NCBI GenBank assembly: GCA_016183425.1
Contig: JACPEP010000041.1
Span: 3,704-67,703, forward strand
DNA: 64,000 bases
Source of the DNA: Chloroflexota bacterium
GTDB taxonomy: Bacteria; Chloroflexota; Dehalococcoidia; JACPEP01
Direction of reading: 5' to 3'
This document shows, piece by piece, positions 56,982-64,000 of the stretch (positions are counted from its first letter, which is position 1; each line of letters opens with the position of its first letter). A model generated the notes under the pieces. It saw only the letters and a program-made list of their open reading frames with translations, had not been told where the DNA came from and did no database searches. A program made the position numbers and the translations under genes.

Positions 56982-57589
56982 GTAGTCTCCTTTGCCTCCC
57001 GATCCCGCTGCCGCAGCAGGATAGAAAGGTCTTCCGCCACACAAAAAAGGTCCTCCGTGGGCAGATATCGGGGGGCAGAGGCATCAAAGAGGATGTTTAC
57101 CTCCGCCGGTAGCTCGTCGTCAGCCAGATAAAGAATGCACGCTATAAGCAGCTTAGGCAGGGCGAAGAAATAGAAAGCGGCATCGCCGAAGCGGGACAGG
57201 GGGGTGCCCCCCAGAGACTGGGCTGCTTTGACGAAGGCCTCCCTGCGGGTACCGAAAGCGCGGACCAAAGGGTTGATGATGACTTCTATGTAGCCGCTGT
57301 GAAGGGGAAAGGAGTCCGGCAGCTCCCGAAAGGCGATCCAGCGGCCCTCTATGGGAACCCCACTGGCCTGGGCGATATAGTGACGCATGAATATCTCCAC
57401 GTGGGAAGAAACCCTGACCCTGCCCCCCACCTCCCTCACCCCCCCTTGAGGGTAGGAAACGGCAAAAGAGCGGTTATGATAGGGAAGACGAAACTCTCCC
57501 TGATCAAAAGCGACGCCGCTCTTAGCCGCCGCCACGCGGGGATTCATCCCATGCCACTCATGCCATATTTCTTCCCGTTGCTCTGACAT
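56978..57589 (-). CDS. hypothetical protein (203 aa)
   Basis: Clean ORF with codon usage like neighbouring genes. No confident domain assignment. Confidence 0.45.
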   Translation of the reverse strand: MSEQREEIWHEWHGMNPRVAAAKSGVAFDQGEFRLPYHNRSFAVSYPQGGVREVGGRVRVSSHVEIFMRHYIAQASGVPIEGRWIAFRELPDSFPLHSGYIEVIINPLVRAFGTRREAFVKAAQSLGGTPLSRFGDAAFYFFALPKLLIACILYLADDELPAEVNILFDASAPRYLPTEDLFCVAEDLSILLRQRDREAKETT

Positions 57590-57717
57590 AGCCTCCCACC
57601 TGCGCTAAAAACGCCCCCCAACACCCTTCATTATAACAATATCGGAGTTCGTTTAATAACGGGGGCTCCATGGAGGGCTGTACGGGGGTCTGGGAGCCTA
57701 CCCTGAACGCTATACGT

Positions 57718-58078
57718 CCCTTATGGGTATAAACTAATTAATAGGCCTCATAGATAGGGCCCCATCGTCATTCTGATCTCCGCCTATGGCGGGGAGAAGA
57801 ATCTCGGAAGAATCATCATGCCTATTGCCATAGGCACCACGGAGTATGAAAATGCCTATCAGCCCTCATCCCCTTAGTCCCCTTCTCCCCGAGGGAGAAG
57901 GGGAGATAGATGATATTTGGGGGTGTCCCCCAAACCCCCGCGGGGGGGGCTTTGCCCCCTGGCCCCCCAGAGGGGATGTCGCGGCATCTCCCCGGGCAGT
58001 CGCCGCAACGGTATTTTCATAGCAATAACAAAATATCACTTTATTTGGCTGATGACCTTTAGGGCGGCGATATTAACC
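57718..58078. repeat. composite GC-rich palindromic intergenic repeat element (about 360 bp), family B
   Basis: Contains the family-A hairpin core cgtcattctgatctccgcc-tatg-gcggggagaagaatc and the palindromes tgcctattgccataggca and ccccttctccccgagggagaaggggag. It shows blockwise similarity to 63530-63880. Confidence 0.5.
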
Positions 58079-58143
58079 AACATCTTCGAGCACGATGAGT
58101 TGACACTCCCCTGGCTGTCCCTTAGAATGGGGCCAGAGGGGGG

Positions 58144-59433
58144 GTGGTTGTCATTAACGAGGCAGTCCCAACGTATGAAAAGACGTCCCTGAGCAACGGC
58201 CTTCGGGTGGTCACTTCCTCCATGCCCCACACCCGGGCCGTGACGGTGAGCATATTCGTCGGCGCCGGCTCCCGTTACGAGTCGCCGCCGGAGGCGGGTA
58301 TATCTCACTTTGTCGAGCACCTATGCTTCAAGGGCACCCACCGTCGCGCCAGTGCCAAAGAGATCTCCGAAGCGGTGGAAAGGGTGGGAGGTCATCTCAA
58401 CGGAGGCACCGACCGAGAGCTGACGGTCTACTGGTGTAAGGTGGCCCGCCCCTACTTCTCAGTGGCCACGGACGTGCTGGTGGACATGTTGCGCAACTCT
58501 CGTTTCGACCCCCTGGAGATGGAGAAGGAGCGCAAGGTAGTCCTGGAGGAGCTGAGCGCCGTCTGGGATTCGCCGGCGCAGCGGGCAGACGTTCTTATCG
58601 ATGAGGTGCTGTGGCCGGACCAGCCCCTGGGACGGGATGTGGCGGGAACCAAGGAGACGGTGCGTGGCATAACCCAACCCAAGATCATTGACTATGTGGG
58701 ACGTCACTATTTACCCAACAATGCCGTAGTGGCCGTGGCGGGCGACATAAGCCACGAAGAGATAGTGGATGCCTTTGACCGGGCTATGGGGGATTGGTAC
58801 GCCGGCCCCTCTGTGGACTGGCATCCTGTCATCGATGGCCAGCAAGCCCCCCGCTGTAGTATCGAGACGCGACGAACGGAGCAGACCCACCTCTCTCTGG
58901 CGGTGCGGGGCGTGCCCCGTCTTCACCCCCACCGCTTCGTCCTCGACATCATTAATATCATCCTGGGAGAGGGAATGAGCAGTCGGCTCTTTGTGGAGCT
59001 TCGGGAAAAGCGCGGGCTGGCCTACGATATTCACAGCTACGTTAGTCACTTTCGGGATGCCGGGGCATTGACCATCTATGCTGGTGTCGAGCACAAGTCA
59101 GTCTCCGACGTTATTCAGGCTATGCTGGAGGAGCTAGATAGATTCAAGGAAGGGACCAGCGAGGAGGAGCTGGATAAGGCCAAAGAGATGAGCAAAGGGC
59201 GCATGATGCTGCGCATGGAAGACACCCGTAGCGTCGCCACATGGTTAGGGGCTCAGGAGATTCTATCTGGCCGCATCTATACCGTGGACGATTTGGCCGC
59301 TTTTCTGGATGCGGTGACACTGGAAGATGTGAAGCAGACGGCCCGGCAGTTTTTTGTCACCGAGAGACTGAACCTGGCCGTGGTGGGGCCCTTCCGTAGC
59401 GAGAGGCGCTTCCTGAACCTGCTCAAGCTCTAA
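58144..59433 (+). CDS. M16 family zinc peptidase (pitrilysin/insulinase-like)
   Basis: Inverted zinc-binding motif HFVEHLCFKGT (HxxEH) plus downstream Glu. Two-domain M16 architecture. Confidence 0.85.
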   Translation: MVVINEAVPTYEKTSLSNGLRVVTSSMPHTRAVTVSIFVGAGSRYESPPEAGISHFVEHLCFKGTHRRASAKEISEAVERVGGHLNGGTDRELTVYWCKVARPYFSVATDVLVDMLRNSRFDPLEMEKERKVVLEELSAVWDSPAQRADVLIDEVLWPDQPLGRDVAGTKETVRGITQPKIIDYVGRHYLPNNAVVAVAGDISHEEIVDAFDRAMGDWYAGPSVDWHPVIDGQQAPRCSIETRRTEQTHLSLAVRGVPRLHPHRFVLDIINIILGEGMSSRLFVELREKRGLAYDIHSYVSHFRDAGALTIYAGVEHKSVSDVIQAMLEELDRFKEGTSEEELDKAKEMSKGRMMLRMEDTRSVATWLGAQEILSGRIYTVDDLAAFLDAVTLEDVKQTARQFFVTERLNLAVVGPFRSERRFLNLLKL

Positions 59434-59453
59434 AAGGGTGGGAGGGACAAGGA

Positions 59454-60047
59454 GTGTTTCGCGGCACCGTTACCCTGGCCCTGGCCGGGTTCCTTTTCAT
59501 TCTCTTTCCAGCCATCATCGAGGAGCCCGGCCTCGTTGTACACCCCAACGAGCTACCCGCCATCGCGACCGTTGAACCCACCGCCACCCCGGTTGCCACC
59601 CCTACTGCCACCCCCCCGCCAACGGCCACCCCCCTTCCCGACGCCCTTACGTCCATGAAGAACTCGGTAGCCGCCGATGAGCTGTGGATCGACGTTTATC
59701 TCTCGGCGCGTCAGCTTTCCCTCTATCGGGGGCAGGAGTTATTGCGGGGCTATACCGTGGCCATCGGCGCCCCGGATACCCCGACGCCCGTAGACCGGTG
59801 GCGTATCTCGGAGAAGATTACTAACCCGGGACCGGGCACTCAGTTTGGCACTCGGTGGATGCGCATTGATGCCCTGGACCCGGCCACCGGGAAATACCGG
59901 TGGACAGACTACGGCATCCACGGCACCGACGAGCCGGACAAGATCGGCCTTGAGGTGTCCAACGGCTGCGTCCGCCTGGTCAATGCCCAGGTGGAGGAGC
60001 TTTTCAGCCTGGTGCCCATGTACACCCAGGTCATAACGCGAGAGTAG
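59454..60047 (+). CDS. L,D-transpeptidase (YkuD domain) with an N-terminal anchor and a Thr/Pro-rich linker
   Basis: Catalytic region YGIHGTDEPDKIGLEVSNGCVRL (His and the SxGCxRx Cys). Confidence 0.8.
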   Translation: MFRGTVTLALAGFLFILFPAIIEEPGLVVHPNELPAIATVEPTATPVATPTATPPPTATPLPDALTSMKNSVAADELWIDVYLSARQLSLYRGQELLRGYTVAIGAPDTPTPVDRWRISEKITNPGPGTQFGTRWMRIDALDPATGKYRWTDYGIHGTDEPDKIGLEVSNGCVRLVNAQVEELFSLVPMYTQVITRE

Positions 60048-60049
60048 TG

Positions 60050-60275
60050 TCCCGTCAGGTTATTAAGGCATCATTTGGGGGTGCAGGGGGAAAGGCCCCC
60101 GCCAGGGGTCTGGGAGCCTGCCCTGAGCCTGCCGAAGGGGTGTCCCCCAGATACTCTATCTTCCCCCTCTCCTGGAAGGAGAGGGGGCCAGAGCTTGCTC
60201 TGAGCGGTAGCGAAGGGGGGTGAGGTATAGGCCCCGCCTTAGGGCGGGGAGAGGATACACTCAATGACCCGATTT
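60050..60275. repeat. GC-rich palindromic intergenic repeat (family B related)
   Basis: Shares ggggtctgggagcctgccctgagc with 57686-57712 and 12335-12360. Contains the palindrome ccccctctcctggaaggagaggggg and the hairpin ggccccgcc-ttag-ggcgggga. Confidence 0.4.
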
Positions 60276-60308
60276 AAATGACGCGACACTAGGGAAGGAG
60301 GCGGCCCC

Positions 60309-61070
60309 GTGCGACTTCAAGATAGGGTGGCCATTATTACCGGCGGCGGCCATGGCATCGGCCGGGCCTACGCCCTGGCCATGGTTCAGGAGGGGGCAAA
60401 GGTGGTCATCGCCGAGGTGGATGGGGCGGCGGGGGAGGCGGTGGCCCAGGAGGTAAGGGGGCGGGGCGGCCAGGCCCTGGCTCTAGCCACCGACGTCGCC
60501 AGCGAGGCCAGCGCCCTGGACATGGCCCGGCGCACCGTGGAGACCTTTGGCGCTATCCATATCCTGGTGAACAACGCCGCCGTCTTCGCCACCATCCCCA
60601 TCTCTCGGGTGAGGATAGAGGAGATCAGCGTGGCGGAGTGGGATAGTGTGATGGCGGTAAACCTGCGGGGGGTATTCCTGGCCACCCGGGCGGTGTTGCC
60701 CCAGATGAAGGCCCAGGGCTACGGCAAGATAATCAACATCTCCTCCAGCACCGTGTTTAGTGGCTCGGCCACCCGCATCCACTACGTCACCTCCAAGGCA
60801 GGGGTCATCGGCTTCACGCGTACCCTGGCCCGGGAGGTGGGGGAGTACGGCATCGCCGTCAACGCCGTGGCCCCCGGCTCCACCCTCAGCGAAGACCCCC
60901 AGGACGAAGTGGCCTTGGCCCAGCGCCAACGGGCCGTGGCCGGCCGCAGCCTCAAGCGCCTCCAACTGCCCCAGGACATCGTAGGCACCGTCCTCTTCCT
61001 GGCCTCCTCCGACAGCGACTTCATCACTGGCCAGACCATCGTCGTGGACGGCGGCGACGCCATGCATTAG
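60309..61070 (+). CDS. SDR family NAD(P)-dependent oxidoreductase (FabG-like)
   Basis: Motifs TGGGHGIGRA, NNAA and the catalytic YxxxK (YVTSK). Length 253 aa. Confidence 0.85.
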   Translation: MRLQDRVAIITGGGHGIGRAYALAMVQEGAKVVIAEVDGAAGEAVAQEVRGRGGQALALATDVASEASALDMARRTVETFGAIHILVNNAAVFATIPISRVRIEEISVAEWDSVMAVNLRGVFLATRAVLPQMKAQGYGKIINISSSTVFSGSATRIHYVTSKAGVIGFTRTLAREVGEYGIAVNAVAPGSTLSEDPQDEVALAQRQRAVAGRSLKRLQLPQDIVGTVLFLASSDSDFITGQTIVVDGGDAMH

Positions 61071-61189
61071 GGGCGCGGTGGCCCGCGGCAATTGGGATGT
61101 AGCCTTCTTAGCGGGTGTTTACGCTATGGGTGAGGGACGATCGCGCTGAAATAGAAATGACGGGGCATTAGAGACGGTCTTTGTAAAGG

Positions 61190-61846
61190 CTAGAAGTCCG
61201 AAGTTTCCTCACCCTCTATGGTGTCTTCTGCTACACGGTCAGGACAATCGGTCTGGGTGATGTTGCAGAACTTACATTCCACAGGACTCGGGACTTTGAC
61301 AGCAGGGTTAGATGACGCTATACGTCGGATAAGCTCGCTGAGGTTTTTAATAAATGTGCCGTTAATGGCCGAACTGGGGATGGGGATTTCATGGTCTTTG
61401 TAGACTAACTTCCCGTCGAATGTCATACCCGAGTATTGCCTGAGGGCTCTGGGAGCAGCGTACATGTATAACTTCACCTGCATGGAATGAGAGGGGTGGG
61501 GAGCGCCGGCCTTGGCATCCAGGATGGTGCCTCTACTGCCTGATATGGCTATTAGGTCCGGCTGGCCGCCAAGAGCAGCGGTCTTTCCCTGGAGAGTGAA
61601 GCTGTTCTGTTTCTCAGTAAATACGGTCTTGCCCTCCATCTCTAACTGCTGCCGAATGGTGCCCAACAACGCGGTGTGCTCAATCCGCCACGCATCCCAG
61701 TCGAATGTGCTCGGCACCTTGTCCCAACTCCCGCTCTCGTGCTGAGCTCTGAACCAGGAGGCCCACTCACACGAGTTCGTACCTATCAGAAGCTTGGTGA
61801 GCCAGGTCACCCAGATGTATGGACCATTCAGCCGAAGAACTGGCAT
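61190..61846 (-). CDS. solitary Cas4-like / PD-(D/E)xK nuclease with a predicted Fe-S cluster, in a low-GC patch
   Basis: Motifs QPDLIAI...ILDAKAG (D...D-x-K). One N-terminal Cys (NSCEW) plus a C-terminal CKFCNITQTDCP (C-x2-C-x6-C), as in Cas4/AddB-type nucleases. GC is about 48%. Confidence 0.55.
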   Translation of the reverse strand: MPVLRLNGPYIWVTWLTKLLIGTNSCEWASWFRAQHESGSWDKVPSTFDWDAWRIEHTALLGTIRQQLEMEGKTVFTEKQNSFTLQGKTAALGGQPDLIAISGSRGTILDAKAGAPHPSHSMQVKLYMYAAPRALRQYSGMTFDGKLVYKDHEIPIPSSAINGTFIKNLSELIRRIASSNPAVKVPSPVECKFCNITQTDCPDRVAEDTIEGEETSDF

Positions 61847-62074
61847 AGCTGTCTCCCAAATGAAGGAATATATCCTATTTAAAAGGCCCTTCGATAAATG
61901 TCAATACCCTTAGAAGAGGAAAATGGCAAAAGTAAAAAATTTATACATCGAAGGGGGACATCGGGTCCTTGAACAGAGCCGTTAGGCGGTTGGTTGGAGG
62001 GTCACAAAAACACGAGTTTGGACAGACATCGCTGCACAGTGTATATTTGTAGGCGAGAAAACTTTAGCTACTAG

Positions 62075-63499
62075 ATGTCGGCATGGTACGAAGAAAGGCA
62101 GTCAGCCTTGAAAATCAGAATCGATAACGGCCTCGTCATCACCATGGACCCCCGGCGGAGGATAATCACCCAGGGCACGGTGGTCATCCAGGGGAACCGC
62201 ATCCTGGAGGTGGGGAAAACGGCGGAGGTCTCGACGCGCCACCCGGCGGACAAGGTCATCGACGCCCAGGGAAAGATAGTTATGCCCGGCCTCATCGATG
62301 CCCACCTCCACTGCGTCCAGACCCTGGCCCGTGGCCTGGCCGACGACGTGGATCTCATCGCCTGGATCTACGACCGCATCTATCCTTACGAGGCCCTCCT
62401 CACCCAGGAGGACACCTACGTGAGCACCATGCTCACCTGCCTCATGGCTATCCAGACGGGAACCACGTGTCTCGCCGACCCCGGCGGCTACCCCATGGAC
62501 GGGGTGGCCCAGGCCCTGGTGGACAGCGGCATGAGGGGCATCGTTAGCTGGGCGGGGATGGACCAGTGGTCATCAGACCGGGCGCTGCCAGACAACCTGC
62601 CCGGCAAGAAATCCACGGAGGATACCCTGGCCGCCATGGAGGGTTTGGTAAAGAAGTGGCACGGTCGAGAGGGAGACCGCATACGGGCCTCCTACGCCCT
62701 GCGGGTGGAGCCCAACGTCACCCGGCAACTCTTCCGAAGAACCAAGGAGTTGGCCGACCGGGACGGCGTCCTTATCCAGATGCACGCTGCCGTGAATCGA
62801 GACCAGGTGGAGTGGGTGCGCCGTCACACCGAGCGCACCACCATCGACTATATGAACTCTTTGGGCGTGCTGGGCCCCAACTGGCTCCTGACCCATATGG
62901 CCATCCTCACCGACGATGAGCTACAAATGCTTCGGGACAACGATGTCAAGTTGTGCCACAATCCGGGGGCCAGCGTCCACGGCGCCTATGGCGCCTGCTC
63001 TGTGGGCCGCTTTCCGGAGCTTATGGACATGGGGGTGACGGTGACCTGCGGCTGCGACTCCACGGCGGCCAACAACAGCCTGGACATGTTCCGCACCCTG
63101 TACCAACTGGCCACCCTTCACAAAGAGATAAGGGTGGTGCCCGACCTGTTGTCCCCGGAAAAGGCCCTAGAGATGGCCACCGTAGATGCCGCCCGTGCCC
63201 TCATGTGGGACAAAGACATCGGCTCTCTGGAGGCGGGCAAGAAGGCAGACGTCATCATCGTGGACTGCCACCGCCCTAACTGGCGTCCCCTGCACCCCTT
63301 CTCCATCGTCCCCAACCTGGTCTACGCCGGCGAGGGAGTGGACGTGGAGACGACCATCGTCGACGGCCGCATCGTCATGGAGGACCGGATGGTGAAGACC
63401 ATGAACGTTCCCGCCATCCTGGAGCAGGCCCAGGCGACGGCGGAGAGGCTGGTGGCCCGTCTCCCCTACACCCTTGCCCCCCGTTGGCCGGTGGAGTAG
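62075..63499 (+). CDS. amidohydrolase family protein (nucleobase/nucleoside deaminase or chlorohydrolase-like; MtaD/SsnA-related)
   Basis: Metal-binding HxH (GLIDAHLHC) and downstream His/Asp positions typical of the amidohydrolase_1 superfamily. Length 474 aa. Confidence 0.8.
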   Translation: MSAWYEERQSALKIRIDNGLVITMDPRRRIITQGTVVIQGNRILEVGKTAEVSTRHPADKVIDAQGKIVMPGLIDAHLHCVQTLARGLADDVDLIAWIYDRIYPYEALLTQEDTYVSTMLTCLMAIQTGTTCLADPGGYPMDGVAQALVDSGMRGIVSWAGMDQWSSDRALPDNLPGKKSTEDTLAAMEGLVKKWHGREGDRIRASYALRVEPNVTRQLFRRTKELADRDGVLIQMHAAVNRDQVEWVRRHTERTTIDYMNSLGVLGPNWLLTHMAILTDDELQMLRDNDVKLCHNPGASVHGAYGACSVGRFPELMDMGVTVTCGCDSTAANNSLDMFRTLYQLATLHKEIRVVPDLLSPEKALEMATVDAARALMWDKDIGSLEAGKKADVIIVDCHRPNWRPLHPFSIVPNLVYAGEGVDVETTIVDGRIVMEDRMVKTMNVPAILEQAQATAERLVARLPYTLAPRWPVE

Positions 63500-63529
63500 G
63501 TTGGGGGCAAAACCGATGCCTCAAAAGCG

Positions 63530-63880
63530 GCAGGGTTCGGTGTCATTCTGAGCCCGCCTCAGGCGGGCGAAGAATCTCTCATGTCCCCCTTGCGCCGGGA
63601 CAACACGAAGGATGAAAATGGTCATGCCGGTTGTCATAGGCACCACAACATGAAAATAGCACCGGATTTTCGAGAGAAATGCGCTCTAAGCCCTCACCCC
63701 CTCGGTCCCCCTCTCCCACTACACGGTGGGAGAGGGGGAGGTAGGGTAAATCGGGGGGACACCCCCCGAACCCCCGCCAAAGGGGCTTCACCCCTCTGGA
63801 CTCCCCAGTTTGCTGCGAATGCCATTTTGATTAGGCAATGACCATCGGGCAGGGCTATAAGCTTAGGCTCGCCCTTCAGG
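63530..63880. repeat. composite GC-rich palindromic intergenic repeat element, family B (second copy)
   Basis: Core hairpin gtcattctgagcccgcc-tca-ggcgggcgaagaatc. Blocks (catgccggttgtcataggcaccac..atgaaaat, gtccccctctcccac...gtgggagagggggag, ggggggacaccccccgaacccccgcc) are collinear with 57718-58078. Confidence 0.5.
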
Positions 63881-63917
63881 GCGATGGCATTAATCCACAT
63901 CTTAACCCTTTTACCCC

Positions 63918-63946
63918 TTGACAAGCCCTATATTTTGTGCTAGCTT
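63918..63946 (+). promoter_or_regulatory. putative sigma70 promoter TTGACA-17-TAGCTT at the right edge of the window
   Basis: TTGACA at 63918-63923 and TAGCTT at 63941-63946. The downstream gene lies outside the window. Confidence 0.3.
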
Positions 63947-64000
63947 CATGTCGGGATACAAGATATAGTGTGTTATGGAGTTAGGACGTGAAATGTCCCT

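Noticed and set aside
57590-58143. CRISPR array in the repeat-rich intergenic regions (also 63500-63900 and 60050-60300).
   Set aside because: Repeats are palindromic GC hairpins of varying sequence, not regularly spaced direct repeats with unique spacers. No cas operon is present; the Cas4-like gene stands alone.
1-64000. tRNA, rRNA, tmRNA, RNase P or SRP RNA genes.
   Set aside because: No stretch matching the conserved T-loop (GGTTCGAATCC-like) or the hallmark motifs of the other RNAs was found. All sizeable non-coding regions are explained by repeat elements or promoters.

Overview
This is a 64-kb, high-GC (roughly 62-65%) bacterial chromosomal segment with dense coding on both strands. 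Repeat-rich intergenic DNA suggests a Chloroflexota-like genome, but lineage cannot be verified from sequence alone.

Core content, left to right:
- A TatD-like hydrolase fragment and metG.
- A GAF/HisKA_3 sensor kinase with a NarL-type response regulator.
- A Psr/Phs/Ttr-like complex iron-sulfur molybdoenzyme operon: monoheme cytochrome c, a TAT-exported Mo-bisPGD catalytic subunit, a 4Fe-4S subunit, a NrfD-type membrane anchor, and an unusual cytoplasmic Fe-S protein with two MvhD/FlpD-like domains.
- YjbQ, a short sulfite-oxidase-family Moco-domain protein, a NUDIX hydrolase, queG, an NmrA-like reductase, and a lone xanthine-dehydrogenase-family large subunit.
- A DsrE-like protein, the E1alpha/E1beta/E2 genes of a 2-oxoacid dehydrogenase, cvpA and lon.
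- A dapB-asd-ridA-dapA operon interrupted by a lower-GC inserted module (retropepsin-like aspartic protease plus partner gene) that has undergone a tandem duplication.
- pnp-rpsO, a dcd-ribD-ribE-ribBA-ribH cluster, and DoxX.
- An rdgB-moaA operon ending in an in-frame RNase HI::MoaC fusion.
- A low-GC island encoding a nitrilase-superfamily plus class-II-aldolase fusion protein, a frameshifted fbp and a cobO remnant.
- An S8 protease, a cell-wall amidase with near-identical internal 360-bp repeats, murI, pyrF, an MFS transporter, a TIM-barrel isomerase, sortase, pcm, a SIMPL protein, an M16 peptidase, an L,D-transpeptidase, an SDR, a solitary Cas4-like nuclease in a low-GC patch, and an amidohydrolase.

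Intergenic regions carry at least two families of GC-rich palindromic repeats, including MITE-like elements with terminal inverted repeats. No rRNA, tRNA or CRISPR array was found.

The most novel candidates are:
- the duplicated retropepsin/partner module inside the dap operon;
- the RNase HI::MoaC fusion;
- the Psr-like operon with an MvhD-like partner protein;
- the single-gene low-GC islands.
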